A DNA stretch of 64,000 bases from NCBI GenBank assembly GCA_963716255.1, contig OY970303.1, positions 3,904,001-3,968,000 of the forward strand, written 5' to 3'. Position 1 is the first letter of the stretch. The number at the start of each line of letters is the position of its first letter. Positions 46,804 through 57,111 of this stretch are shown here, one piece after another. A model generated the notes under the pieces. That model had not been told where the DNA came from, did no database searches, and saw nothing but the letters and a program-made list of their open reading frames with translations. The translations under genes were made by a program, and so were the position numbers. The DNA comes from an uncultured Gemmatimonadales bacterium (GTDB taxonomy: Bacteria; Gemmatimonadota; Gemmatimonadetes; Longimicrobiales; Longimicrobiaceae).

Positions 46804-49380
46804 GTGCAGGCCGACGCCAGGAAGCGGGTAGAGGAGCTGTTCGAGGCCGCGCTGGACCGGCCGGCGGGCGAGCGCGCCGCCTGGCTGCGCGAGGCGTGCT
46901 GGAACGACCCCGAGCTCCACGACCGCGTGCAGCGGCTGCTGGCCGCCCACGAGCGCACCGGGGGCGTGCTGGAGCACCCGGTGGACGGGGCGGCGGCGCT
47001 GCTGGGGCCGCGGCTGCGGCGGGAAACGCTGGCGCGGGTGGGGCCGTACCGGCTGGTGCGCGAGATCGGCCGCGGGGGGATGGGGAGCGTGTTCCTGGCC
47101 GAGCGCGACGACGACCAGTTCCGGCAGCAGGTCGCCGTCAAGCTGGTCGCTCCGGAGCTGGACAGCGAGGAGGTGGTGCGGCGCTTCCGCGCCGAGCGGC
47201 AGATCCTGGCCTCGCTCCAGCACCCCGGGATCGCGCGGCTGCTGGACGGCGGCGTCGCGGAGGACGGACGCCCGTACCTGGTGATGGAGTACGTGGACGG
47301 CGAGCCCGTGGACGCGTACTGCGACCGGCGCTCCCTCCCCCTGGACGCGCGGCTGCGGCTGTTCTGCACCGTGGCGCGGGCCGTCCACCACGCCCACCGC
47401 AACCTGGTGGTGCACCGCGACCTCAAGCCCCACAACGTCCTGGTCTCCCGCCAGGGCGAGGTCCGCCTGCTGGACTTCGGCATCGCCAAGCTGCTGGACC
47501 CCGCGTCGCTCCCCCACACCGTCCCCGTGACCCGCACGGGCGACCGCCTGATGACCCCGCAGTACGCCGCCCCCGAGCAGGTGCGCGGCGGCCCCGTCAC
47601 CACCGCCGTGGACGTGTACGGGCTGGGGCTGCTGCTGTACGAGCTGCTTTCCGGGCGGCGCCCGTACGAGCTGCGGGGCCGCCCCCCCGCCGAAGCCGAG
47701 CGGCTGGTGTGCGAGGCCGAGCCCCCGCGCCCCAGCGCCGCCGCCGTGCTCCCCCCGGACGCCCCGGACGGCCCCACCGCCGCCGCAGCCGCCCGCGCCC
47801 GCGGCACCACCCCCGAGCGCCTGCGCCGCCGCCTGGCGGGCGACCTGGACCGCATCGCCATGACCGCGCTCCGCAAGGAGCCCGAGCGCCGCTACCCCTC
47901 CGCCGAGCAGCTGGCCGAGGACGTGGAGCGCTGCCTGGCCGGCCGCCCGGTGCGGGCGCGCGGCGACTCCCCCACCTACCGGGTGCGCAAGTTCACCGGC
48001 CGGCACCGCTGGGGCGTGGCCACGGCCGCCGCGTTCCTGACGCTGCTGGTGGGCTACGCCGCCACCGCCACCCTGCAGGTGCGCCGGGTGGAGCGCGCGC
48101 TGGAGCAGAAGCGCCTGGAGGCCGAGAAAGCCGAGCAGGTCACCGCCTTCACCCTGGGGCTGTTCGAGGCCGGCGACCCCGCGCGCGCCCGGGTGGACTC
48201 GCTCACCGTGCGCGAGCTCCTGCGCCGCGGCGAGGAGCGCGCCGGGCGGCTGCAGGGCCGCCCCGCCGCCCAGGCCCAGATGCTGGACGTCATGGGCCGC
48301 GTCCACCAGCAGCTCGCCGAGTACGACCGCGCCCAGCCCCTGCTGGAGAGGGCGCTGGCGCTGCGGCGCCGGGCCTTCGGCGAGCGCAGCGAAGCCGTCG
48401 CCGAGAGCCTGCTGCACCTGGGCGAGCTCCTGTACCTGCGCGGCCGCTACGCCCAGGCCGAGCCGCTGTACCGGCGCGCGCTGGCGCTCCAGCGCCAGCT
48501 GCTGGGCGAGCCCCACCCGGCCGTGGCCCAGTCCATCGCCGCCCTGGGCATCCTGCTCCAGGCCCGCGGCGACTACGCCGGCGCCGAGCGGCTGACGCGC
48601 GAGGCGCTGGCCATGCGCACCGCGCTGCACGGCCCCAACCACGCCGACGTCGCCGAGAGCCTGCACGCCCTCGCCCGCCAGCTCCAGCTCCAGGACCGGC
48701 CCGCCGAGGCCGAGCCGCTCCTGCGCGAAGCGCTGGCGCTGCGGCGCCGCATCTTCGGCGACGGGCATCCCGAGGTGGCGGACGCGCGCAGCCACCTGGG
48801 GCTGTTCCTGTTCCAGCAGGGAAGGGAAGCCGAGGCCGAGCCCCTGTACCGCGAAGCGCTCGCCGTCCGCCGCCGCGCGCTGGGCGACGACCACCCCGAC
48901 GTGTCGCTCGGCCTGGGGATGCTGGGCGCGGTCAGCCGGCGCCGGGGCCGGCTCGCCGAGGCCGAGTCGCTGTACCACGAAGCCGTCGAGCTGGGGCGCC
49001 GCTCGCTGGGCCCCGGGCACCCGGACCAGGCCCACACGCTCAACGGCCTGGCGCTGGTCCTCCGCGACCGCGGGCGCCTGGCCGAGGCCGACTCCCTGTA
49101 CCGGGAGGTGCTGGCCATCCGCCGCCGCGCCCTGGGCGAGGAGCACCCGGCCATCGCCATGACGCTGGCCCAGCTGGGCGGGGTGCTCCGGGAGCGCGGC
49201 GACCTGGCGGGGGCCGAGGCGATGCTGCTGCGCTCCTTCCGCATGCGCCGCAGGCTCCTGGGCGACGCCCACCCGCACGTGTCCGAATCGGCGTCGCTGC
49301 TGGCGTCGCTGTACGAGGCATCCGGGCGTCCGGCGCAGGCGCGTGCCTATCAGGCGTTCGTGCGTCAAACGGCGAACTGA
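46804..49380 (+). CDS. Hanks-type Ser/Thr kinase with TM segment and TPR repeats
   Basis: Motifs GRGGMG, VAVK, HRDLKP.N, DFG and YAAPEQ; kinesin-light-chain-type TPRs. Confidence 0.93.
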   Translation: MQADARKRVEELFEAALDRPAGERAAWLREACWNDPELHDRVQRLLAAHERTGGVLEHPVDGAAALLGPRLRRETLARVGPYRLVREIGRGGMGSVFLAERDDDQFRQQVAVKLVAPELDSEEVVRRFRAERQILASLQHPGIARLLDGGVAEDGRPYLVMEYVDGEPVDAYCDRRSLPLDARLRLFCTVARAVHHAHRNLVVHRDLKPHNVLVSRQGEVRLLDFGIAKLLDPASLPHTVPVTRTGDRLMTPQYAAPEQVRGGPVTTAVDVYGLGLLLYELLSGRRPYELRGRPPAEAERLVCEAEPPRPSAAAVLPPDAPDGPTAAAAARARGTTPERLRRRLAGDLDRIAMTALRKEPERRYPSAEQLAEDVERCLAGRPVRARGDSPTYRVRKFTGRHRWGVATAAAFLTLLVGYAATATLQVRRVERALEQKRLEAEKAEQVTAFTLGLFEAGDPARARVDSLTVRELLRRGEERAGRLQGRPAAQAQMLDVMGRVHQQLAEYDRAQPLLERALALRRRAFGERSEAVAESLLHLGELLYLRGRYAQAEPLYRRALALQRQLLGEPHPAVAQSIAALGILLQARGDYAGAERLTREALAMRTALHGPNHADVAESLHALARQLQLQDRPAEAEPLLREALALRRRIFGDGHPEVADARSHLGLFLFQQGREAEAEPLYREALAVRRRALGDDHPDVSLGLGMLGAVSRRRGRLAEAESLYHEAVELGRRSLGPGHPDQAHTLNGLALVLRDRGRLAEADSLYREVLAIRRRALGEEHPAIAMTLAQLGGVLRERGDLAGAEAMLLRSFRMRRRLLGDAHPHVSESASLLASLYEASGRPAQARAYQAFVRQTAN

Positions 49381-49397
49381 TCGTGCACGGCGGGTCC

Positions 49398-49527
49398 GGG
49401 CGTGCCCCCGGCTGGCGCCGGGGTCGGGCTTCGGCTCCGTAGCAGACGATACTACCGTCTGCTACGGAGTCGAGCCCCGGCAAACAGCCGCCGGGTCTCG
49501 CCCCTTCGGGCCGAAATCCCTCACGCG
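49398..49527 (+). repeat. Family A element, copy 11
   Basis: Full match; 17 bp after the kinase stop. Confidence 0.95.
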
Positions 49528-49740
49528 GGCATCGCGCTGGCGCCCGCGGCTCGTCACGCGCGGTCGCGGCTGGGCCCGCGCCGCCGCGGCCCGTCCCACC
49601 CGCGTTGCGGGTGCGGGACGCGAGCGCGACGTTGTACGCGCGGGAGGCCGCCGCCCTTCCCGGGAACCCGGCGCGGGGGGCGGGGTTCACCATCCACCCG
49701 CCCCGCCCCCGCCCCGCTCCAGACAGCGAGGACCGAACCG

Positions 49741-50922
49741 TTGGCTCCCCCGCGCGACCCTCGTCGCCCGTCCCCCGCCGGCATCGCCACCCCTCCCTTC
49801 CGTCCCGTGGGGTGGGGGCCGATCGCCGCGTTCTGGGTCGCCGCCGCGCTCTTCCTGTACAGCCAGAGGCTGCTCTGGGCGGCCATGGGCATCTCGCGCA
49901 TGGAGGTGCGCGAGGTGCGGATCCCGGCCGCGGTGGCGTACGCCGTGTGCATGGGGCTGTGGGCGCTCCTCACCCCGGGGCTGCTGCGGCTGGTGGAGCG
50001 CTTCCACTTCCAGCGGGGCGCGCGGCTGCGCTCCTCGCTGGTGCACGGCGTCCTGGGCACCGCGCTGGCGGTGGGGATGAACGCGGTGGGGTGGGACCTG
50101 GCGCGCCACCTGTACGGACGCCCGCAGCTGCGCCTGGAGGTGTACCTGGTCAACAACCTGGACACCGACCTGTTCCTGTACCTGATCGTGGTGGGCGGGG
50201 CGAGCGCGCTGCGCTTCCACCGCGACTTCCGCGAGCAGGAAGTGCGCGCCGCCCGCCTCCAGGCCCGCCTCGCCGGGGAGCGGCTGGAGGCGGTCAAGAT
50301 GCGCCTGGAGCCGCCCTTCCTGTACGCCGCGCTGGACTCCGTGGCCGCCGCCGTGCGCCGGGACCCCGACCGGGCCGAGCTGATGGTGTCCAGCCTGGGC
50401 GACGTGCTGCGCGCCAAGGTGGCCAGCGCCGGCGCCGAGCTGGTGCCGCTGCGCGACGAGCTGGAGTTCGCCGCCGCGTACGCCGAGCTGCAGCGCCTGC
50501 GCGCCGGGGACGCCTTCCGGGTGGAGCTGGACGCGGCGCCCGACGCGGCGGGCGCCCTCGTCCCCCCCTTCGTCCTGCAGCCTCTCCTGGACGAGGCGGT
50601 CCGCGTGGCCTCCGGCGCCGCCGGCGGCGGCCCGCCCCCGCGCCTGGCCGTGCAGGCCGGCCGCAGCGGCGGCTCGCTGGCGCTGGAGGTGCGGACGCCG
50701 GGCGGCCCCGCCGCGGACCCCGCCGGAGAGCCGGCCGGCCTGCGCGAGCTGCGCGCCCGCCTGCACCAGGCCTTCGGGCCCGACTACACGCTGGTCGCCT
50801 CGCGCGCCGGCGGCGGCTGGGCCGCGCGCCTGGTGCTTCCGCTGGTGGAGGAGGCCGGGGAGCCGGCCGGCGCCGTCCCCGGCGGCGAAGCGTCCCTCCT
50901 CGCGCCGCGGGGGGCGCCGTGA
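49741..50922 (+). CDS. LytS-like membrane sensor with degenerate kinase motifs (pseudokinase)
   Basis: LEPPFLYAAL in place of IEPHFLFNAL; LDEAVRVA in place of VENAVKHG. Confidence 0.75.
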   Translation: MAPPRDPRRPSPAGIATPPFRPVGWGPIAAFWVAAALFLYSQRLLWAAMGISRMEVREVRIPAAVAYAVCMGLWALLTPGLLRLVERFHFQRGARLRSSLVHGVLGTALAVGMNAVGWDLARHLYGRPQLRLEVYLVNNLDTDLFLYLIVVGGASALRFHRDFREQEVRAARLQARLAGERLEAVKMRLEPPFLYAALDSVAAAVRRDPDRAELMVSSLGDVLRAKVASAGAELVPLRDELEFAAAYAELQRLRAGDAFRVELDAAPDAAGALVPPFVLQPLLDEAVRVASGAAGGGPPPRLAVQAGRSGGSLALEVRTPGGPAADPAGEPAGLRELRARLHQAFGPDYTLVASRAGGGWAARLVLPLVEEAGEPAGAVPGGEASLLAPRGAP

Positions 50923-52061
50923 CGCCCCCGTCCGTCGCCGTCCCGCCCGCCGCACCGCGGCGCATCGGCCCCTGGCCCGCGCGGCGCTGGGCGTGGGTCG
51001 CGGCCATCTGGCTGGCGTACGGCGCGCTCGACTGGGCGCGCAACTACCTGCGGCACGTCCTGGCCGACGACGCCGCCTCCTTTCCGGCCGGCGAAGCCGC
51101 CTGGGAGCGCCTGGTGGACGCCCTGGCCTGGACGCTCTTCACCCCCGCCATCCTGTGGGTGGTGGAGCGCTGGACACTGCGGCGCGAGCGCCGCGCGGGG
51201 CCGCTGCTGGCGCTGCTGGCCGCCGGGGTGGGGTTCTCGCTGCTGGGCGTGGCCGTGAACTGGGCCGCCGGGCCGCTGCTCACCGGCCGCGACACCACCT
51301 ACCTCCAGTACCTGGGCGGCGTGGTGCACGCCAACCTGCTGTCGTACGCCGCGCTGGTGGCCGTGGGGCACGTGCTCGCCTACCAGCGCCGCGGGCGCGA
51401 GCGCGCCGTGCGCGCCGCGCAGCTGGAGGCCCAGCTCGCCGTGGCCCGGCTGGAAGCCCTCAAGACCCAGATCGAGCCCCACTTCCTCTTCAACGCCCTT
51501 GGCTCCGTGTCCGAGCTGATCCACGAGAACCCCGCCGCCGCCGAGCGCATGGTGGCGAGCCTGCGCGACCTGCTCCACCTCACCCTGGAGCGCGGCCCCG
51601 CCCCCGAGGTCACCCTGCGCGACGAGCTGCGCGTGCTGGACGCCTACCTGCGCATCCAGCAGACGCGCTTCCAGGACCGCCTGCGCGTGCGCGCCGAGGT
51701 CGACCCCGACACCCTGGACGCGTGCGTCCCCGCGCTGGTGCTCCAGCCGCTGGTGGAGAACGCCGTCAAGCACGGCATCGCCCCGCGCGCCGCCCCGGGG
51801 CACGTCGTGGTGGCCGCGCGCCGCGAGGGGAGCGACCTGCTGCTGGAGGTGCGCGACGACGGCGTGGGCTTCCGCCCGCGCCCCGGGGGCCGCCAGGGGG
51901 TAGGGCTGCGCAACACGGTCCTCCGCCTGGAGCGGCTGTACGGCCCCGGCGCGCGCCTGGAGGTGGCCCCGGCCGGGGGCGGCGGCACCACCGTGCGCAT
52001 CGCCCTGCCCTTCCACACCGCTCCCGCCGCGGTGCCCGCCGGCGCCGGGGAGGACGCGTGA
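50919..52061 (+). CDS. LytS/YehU-type sensor histidine kinase
   Basis: Motifs QIEPHFLFNAL, LQPLVENAVKHG, DDGVG and GVGLRN. Confidence 0.92.
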   Translation: MTPPSVAVPPAAPRRIGPWPARRWAWVAAIWLAYGALDWARNYLRHVLADDAASFPAGEAAWERLVDALAWTLFTPAILWVVERWTLRRERRAGPLLALLAAGVGFSLLGVAVNWAAGPLLTGRDTTYLQYLGGVVHANLLSYAALVAVGHVLAYQRRGRERAVRAAQLEAQLAVARLEALKTQIEPHFLFNALGSVSELIHENPAAAERMVASLRDLLHLTLERGPAPEVTLRDELRVLDAYLRIQQTRFQDRLRVRAEVDPDTLDACVPALVLQPLVENAVKHGIAPRAAPGHVVVAARREGSDLLLEVRDDGVGFRPRPGGRQGVGLRNTVLRLERLYGPGARLEVAPAGGGGTTVRIALPFHTAPAAVPAGAGEDA

Positions 52062-52864
52062 CGACCCCGCTGCGGGCCGTGGTGGTGGACGACGAGCCGC
52101 TGGCCCGCCGGCGCGTCGTGCGGCTGCTGAAGCGCGAGCCGGACGTGGAGGTGGTCGCCGTGTGCGGCGACGGGCGCGAGGCGGTGCAGGCCGTGCACGC
52201 CCACGCCCCCGACCTCCTCTTCCTGGACGTGCAGATGCCCGAGATGAACGGCGTGGACGTGATCCGCGCCCTGGACCCCGGGTGCCGCCCCGCCGTGGTG
52301 TTCATCACCGCGTACGACCAGTACGCCATCCAGGCGTTCGAGGTGCACGCCCTGGACTACCTGCTCAAGCCCTTCGCCCCCACGCGCTTCCAGGAGGCGG
52401 TGCAGCGCGCCCGCGACCAGCTCCGCGTCGCCCGGCCCGACGTGGCGCGGCAGCTCCGCGACGCCCTGCTCGGCCCCGAGCCCCCCTCCGCCGAGGGCGA
52501 GCCGCCCGCGCTGGAGCCCCCCGCCGGGAGCGCCCCGCTCTCCCGCATCCTGGTCAAGGACGCCGGCAAGATGTTCTTCGTCCGCGTCGCCGACGTGGAC
52601 TGGATCGAGGCCGAGGGCAACTACGTGCGCCTGCATGCGGGAGCGAAGTCGCACCTGGCCCGCGGCCGCATCAACGTACTGGAGGAGCGCCTGCCGCCGG
52701 ACCAGTTCGCCCGCATCCACCGCTCCACCATCGTCAACCTGGACCGCATCAAGGAAGTGTACCCGTGGTTCGGCGGCGACTACGTGGTCGTCCTGCACGA
52801 CGCCACGCAGCTCAAGCTCAGCCGCAGCTATCGAGGGCGATTGTTGGTGCAGAGGATCGAATAG
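52058..52864 (+). CDS. LytTR-family response regulator
   Basis: Motifs VDDEPLAR, FLDVQMP, DYLLKP and FARIHRSTIVN. Confidence 0.94.
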   Translation: MTTPLRAVVVDDEPLARRRVVRLLKREPDVEVVAVCGDGREAVQAVHAHAPDLLFLDVQMPEMNGVDVIRALDPGCRPAVVFITAYDQYAIQAFEVHALDYLLKPFAPTRFQEAVQRARDQLRVARPDVARQLRDALLGPEPPSAEGEPPALEPPAGSAPLSRILVKDAGKMFFVRVADVDWIEAEGNYVRLHAGAKSHLARGRINVLEERLPPDQFARIHRSTIVNLDRIKEVYPWFGGDYVVVLHDATQLKLSRSYRGRLLVQRIE

Positions 52865-52887
52865 AATGGTTTCGAACGGCGGGATTT

Positions 52888-53017
52888 GGGCGTGCCCCCG
52901 GCTGGCGCCGGGGTCGGGCTTCGGCTCCGTAGGGCTGCAAACAACGCAGCCCAACGGAGTCGAGCCCGCGCAAACAGCCGCGCGGTCTCGCCCCTTCGGG
53001 CCGAAATCCCTCACGCG
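52888..53017 (+). repeat. Family A element, copy 12
   Basis: Full match; 23 bp after the LytTR stop. Confidence 0.95.
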
Positions 53018-53080
53018 GCTCCCAGCTGGCGTCCGCAGGGACGACGCTGCGTGGCCGCCGCACGCCGCCAGCCGCTGCCG

Positions 53081-53242
53081 TTCGCCGTTCCGCAGTACCC
53101 CCCGAATCCGTCGCGGAGGGAGACTCAAGCGGCAGTTTGCGTGAGGCTCACTCCGGCGCAGGGAGACCCGGGGCTGTTTCCGGGGCTCCAGGAGCCCGTG
53201 CAGGAGACGGACAGCAGTATCGTCCGGCTCCGGAACGGCCCC
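53081..53242. repeat. Family C element
   Basis: Three GAGAC-stem-loop-GGCTC units; homologous to 30425-30587. Confidence 0.8.
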
Positions 53243-53321
53243 AAGGCAATCGTCAAAAGTAACGGCCCCGCGCCTGAGCACGGGGCCGTCGAGAACAGAA
53301 CCGATCAGCCGAAAGACGCGG

Positions 53322-54209
53322 TCAGTGCACGCCCTCCCCGCTGAACACCGCCTCCGCGTAGCCGTTGTCGGGGTTGCCGCCGCGGTCCAGCACCCGGTCC
53401 ACCGTCCCCGGGCCGCGGTTGTAGGCCAGCAGCGCCAGCCGCTCGTCGCCCTCGTACTTGTCGATGAGCTGGCGGAGGTACTTGAACCCGATGGACAGGT
53501 TCACCTCCGGGTCGCGGAGGTCGCTCTCGCGGGTTCCGGGGCGGAGCCAGTCCGCCGTCTTGGGCATGAGCTGCGTCAGGCCCATGGCGCCCACGTGGCT
53601 GGTCGCGTAGGACTTGAACTCGCTTTCCGTCCGCACCAGCCCGAAGGCGACGTCCGGGTCGATGTCGTTCTCCAGGGCGATGTCGTAGATTGACTCGGCG
53701 AGGTCGCGGTCCAGCCCCATCTTCTGGTACTTCTGGACCTTTTCCGAGATCTTGGTCTCGCGCGGGCTCTCCGCCTTCACGGCCGCGTCCTCCTTGGCGG
53801 CGGCCCACGCCTGGGCCACGGCGCGCTCGCTGATCCCCGTGGCCGGCGACATGGAAAGGATCTGCTCGTGCGACGGGTTGGTGCGCATTGCGCCCTGGTA
53901 GCGCGCCATCGCCACCGGCGCCGCCGCACCCGTGATCGCCAGCCCCATCAGCCCGTGGCGCACCGGGTTGCGGCGGATGCGTTCCAGGGTGGAGCGCCTG
54001 CGCCGCCCCGCGTCCGGCGCGCTTCGCAGCGCGGAGGGCATGTCGCCGTCGTACGCGCGGCGGTAGCGCGGGTTCAGGCGCGGAGCCGAAACCGGCTCGC
54101 CTCCGTCGTACGCGGTGGGCCAGCGCCGGCGGGCGTGCCCCACGGGGTGGCGCGGCCCCGGATTCCCTCGCTCCCACGGCGGCGGCGGGCGTCTCTTCCT
54201 CGGCTGCAT
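53322..54209 (-). CDS. Lytic transglycosylase (SLT domain)
   Basis: Motifs ESEF, GAMGLTQLMP.TA and LAYNRGPG. Confidence 0.9.
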   Translation of the reverse strand: MQPRKRRPPPPWERGNPGPRHPVGHARRRWPTAYDGGEPVSAPRLNPRYRRAYDGDMPSALRSAPDAGRRRRSTLERIRRNPVRHGLMGLAITGAAAPVAMARYQGAMRTNPSHEQILSMSPATGISERAVAQAWAAAKEDAAVKAESPRETKISEKVQKYQKMGLDRDLAESIYDIALENDIDPDVAFGLVRTESEFKSYATSHVGAMGLTQLMPKTADWLRPGTRESDLRDPEVNLSIGFKYLRQLIDKYEGDERLALLAYNRGPGTVDRVLDRGGNPDNGYAEAVFSGEGVH

Positions 54210-54480
54210 TCCATCCTCCTTGTGGGGGCGACTCCGATCTATCCGGGCAGGGTCCTGTAAACCGTTTTTAGGATTCGCTTTGGGGAGCACGTTGCGTGCC
54301 ACCGAGCCGTTTGTTCCCCCTCGCCGGCCCCGCGCGCGCGGGGGCGTTGCGGGGCGGGAGCGCGGGCGGCATCTTCCCCCCGTCCACTCCGTGCTCCGCA
54401 CCCGCACCCGGACTCCCCTGGCGACCACCCCCGGCGGCGCTCCGCCCGCCCCCCTTCCCGACGGCCCCTACCGGCCCCCG

Positions 54481-54999
54481 GTGAACCTGCGCCTGCGCGT
54501 CCTGGTCGCCTTCCTGCTGCTCCTGCTGGCGGGGAAGGTGGGGAAGGGGCTGTACGACTGGCGCGCGCACGCGGACGACCGCGCGCGCCTGGTGGGGGTG
54601 CGCGGCCGGCTGGTGGACGCGGGCGCGGAGGTGATGCGGACCCGGGCGGAGCTGGACACCCTCAAGCGGGTGCTGGACCGCGAGGACGGGGCGCTGGAGC
54701 GCGAGCGGCGCTCGTTGCGCGCCTACGACCGCAGGGCGGAGGGGAGCACGCTCCCCACGAGCGTGTACGAGGCGTACCGCGCGGACCTGGACCGCTACAA
54801 CGAGCACGTGGCCCGCCGCAACGACAGCTTCCACGCCTGGCAGGGGGTGCTGGCCCGCAACCACTCGGCCGTGGACCGCTACAACACGCTGGCCGATTCG
54901 CTGCGCGCCGTGGCGGAGGTGCTGGGCGACCCGTACTACGCCGTGCCCACGCCGCTGGAGGCCGCCGCCGAGAAGAGCGCGCCCCCGCCGGCCCCCTGA
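54481..54999 (+). CDS. Membrane-anchored coiled-coil hypothetical protein
   Basis: N-terminal TM segment; helical YN repeats. Confidence 0.7.
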   Translation: MNLRLRVLVAFLLLLLAGKVGKGLYDWRAHADDRARLVGVRGRLVDAGAEVMRTRAELDTLKRVLDREDGALERERRSLRAYDRRAEGSTLPTSVYEAYRADLDRYNEHVARRNDSFHAWQGVLARNHSAVDRYNTLADSLRAVAEVLGDPYYAVPTPLEAAAEKSAPPPAP

Positions 55000-55040
55000 C
55001 GCGGCGCTCCGGCTCCGCACGCACTCCCGCCCCACCCGCG

Positions 55041-55703
55041 ATGCCCCGCCTCCCTCTCCTGGCCGCGCTCCTGCTCTGCCTCGCGACCCCCGCCCCGGCG
55101 CAGGAGTTGGGCGTGGAGCGGGGCGGCGTGACCTTCCGGCCCTCCGCGACGGCGCCGGTCCGCCGTATCACCGCCTCCGGGCTGGACTCCGACCCCGTCC
55201 TCTCGCCCGACGGGCGCTGGGTCGCCTGGGTCCGCGCGACGCCCCGCGACTCGGTGGAAGGGCCGGCGGAGCGGGTGCAGGCGGGCGAGGTGTGGATCGC
55301 GCGGACCGACGGGTCCGGCGCGCGCATGCTCGTGCGCGGCGGCGGGGCGCGCGAGCCGCGGGAGCTGCTCGCCGCGCTCTCCGCCCCGCGGTTCTCGGCC
55401 GACGGCCGGGAGGTGTACTTCCTCAGCCGGGCGTGGGCCACCTCCGGGGCGCTGCACGCGGTGGACGCCGGCACGGGGCGGCGGCGCTTCGTGGCCCCCT
55501 CCAACGGCTACGAGGTGGTTCCCCGGGGCCGCTGGCGCGGGCACCTGGTGGTGTGGCAGCACCGCTACTTCCTGGCGGGCGGGTCGTACGACTGGGCGTG
55601 GCTGCTCACGCCGGCGGGCGAGGAGGTGGGTGCGGTGGGCGAGACGGAGGGCGCGGTGGCGGAGTTCAGGACCACGTACGGGGAGCAAGCGCCGGGATCG
55701 TAG
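55041..55703 (+). CDS. Secreted PD40/TolB-like repeat protein
   Basis: Signal peptide; PVLSPDGRWVAW and PRFSADGREVYF. Confidence 0.75.
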   Translation: MPRLPLLAALLLCLATPAPAQELGVERGGVTFRPSATAPVRRITASGLDSDPVLSPDGRWVAWVRATPRDSVEGPAERVQAGEVWIARTDGSGARMLVRGGGAREPRELLAALSAPRFSADGREVYFLSRAWATSGALHAVDAGTGRRRFVAPSNGYEVVPRGRWRGHLVVWQHRYFLAGGSYDWAWLLTPAGEEVGAVGETEGAVAEFRTTYGEQAPGS

Positions 55704-55781
55704 CGCGTCCGGAGGAATCGGGATCTTTCCGGGAACGGGTCGTGCAAGCGGGCGGGCGGACTCTGCACACTCGCGGGGGAG

Positions 55782-56810
55782 ATGACCAGCAAATCCAGCC
55801 GAAAGCCGGCCGGCGACAGGGGCGGGGCGACGTGGCGGCGGGTGGGGACGCCCAGGAAGGGCTTCACCTACCTTCGCGCCGACGGCAAGCCGCTCACCAG
55901 CAGGGCCGCGCTGGCGCGCATCCAGGCGCTGGCCGTGCCGCCGGCGTGGACCGGCGTGGAGATCGCCGCCAGCCCGGACGCAAAGGTGCAGGCCACCGGC
56001 GTGGACGCGGCGGGTCGCAAGCAGTACCGCTACCACCCCGACTTCGTGGACCGGGGGTCGCGGAAGAAGTACCGCAAGCTGCTGGAGTACGCCCGCGCGA
56101 TCCCGCGCCTGCGCGAGGTCACGGGCGAGCACCTGCGCAAGAAGGGGCTGGGGCGCGACAAGGTGCTCGCCACCATCGTGCGGCTGATGATGCGCGGCTT
56201 CTTCCGGGTGGGGAGCGAGCGCTACGCGGTGGAGAACCGGACCTTCGGCATCACCACGCTGCGCAAGAAGCACCTGGAGATCGAGGGCCGGGACCTCCGC
56301 TTCCGCTACGTGGGGAAGAAGTCCATCCACCAGCACCAGGTGGTCGCCGACACCCCGCTGGTGCGCATTCTCCGCGAGATGGTGAAGCTCCCCGGCCCGC
56401 GCCTGTTCCAGTACGTGGACGGAGATGGGAAGGTGCAGAAGGTGACCGCCCAGGACGTCAACGGCTACGTCAAGGAGAGCCTGGGGAAGCGCTACACCTC
56501 CAAGGACATCCGCACCTGGGGCGGCACCGTGCGCGCCGCCACCATCCTCGCCGACCTGGGCCCCCCGAAGAGCGAGGCAGAGGCCAAGAAGAACGTGGTG
56601 CTGGCCTGCAAGCTGGTGTCCTCCGAGCTGGGCAACACGCCCGCGGTCTGCCGCTCCGCCTACATCCACCCCGCCGTGCTGGACCGCTACCTGAAGGGCA
56701 AGACCATCGAGCCCCTGATGCGCAAGGACGCCCGCCCGGTGGATGGCGACGGCCCCGACTACTATCCCGAGGAGGCGGCGCTGATGCGGTTCCTGGAGAA
56801 GTGGGGGTGA
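55782..56810 (+). CDS. Bacterial DNA topoisomerase IB
   Basis: Motifs VPPAW, GRKQYRYH, FRVGSE.Y, GKK, KDIRTW and LGNTPAVCRSAYIHP. Confidence 0.92.
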   Translation: MTSKSSRKPAGDRGGATWRRVGTPRKGFTYLRADGKPLTSRAALARIQALAVPPAWTGVEIAASPDAKVQATGVDAAGRKQYRYHPDFVDRGSRKKYRKLLEYARAIPRLREVTGEHLRKKGLGRDKVLATIVRLMMRGFFRVGSERYAVENRTFGITTLRKKHLEIEGRDLRFRYVGKKSIHQHQVVADTPLVRILREMVKLPGPRLFQYVDGDGKVQKVTAQDVNGYVKESLGKRYTSKDIRTWGGTVRAATILADLGPPKSEAEAKKNVVLACKLVSSELGNTPAVCRSAYIHPAVLDRYLKGKTIEPLMRKDARPVDGDGPDYYPEEAALMRFLEKWG

Positions 56811-56906
56811 GAACGGCAGGGAACAGGGAACGGCCTGCTTCATACGGTGCACGCGCAGCGGGCAGCGCCACGACGACGGCGCCCCGCCGGAAGATCCGGG
56901 TGGGGC

Positions 56907-57092
56907 GCCGTTGCAGTTCCTCGTGGTACCCGTATGATGCTGTTCGGAGGGAGACTCGCAGCAGTACCGCGAGGCTCCCTCCGGCGCAGGGAGACCCCGC
57001 AGCGTCGGCACAGCAGTTCCGTGCCGACCGAGGAGGCTCCCGGAGCCCGCGCAGGAGACGGACGGCAGTATCGTCCGGCTCCGTAGCGGCCC
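56907..57092. repeat. Family C element
   Basis: Three GAGAC...GGCTC units, the middle one extended. Confidence 0.8.
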
Positions 57093-57111
57093 GCCCCGAC
57101 AGGAAAAACTA

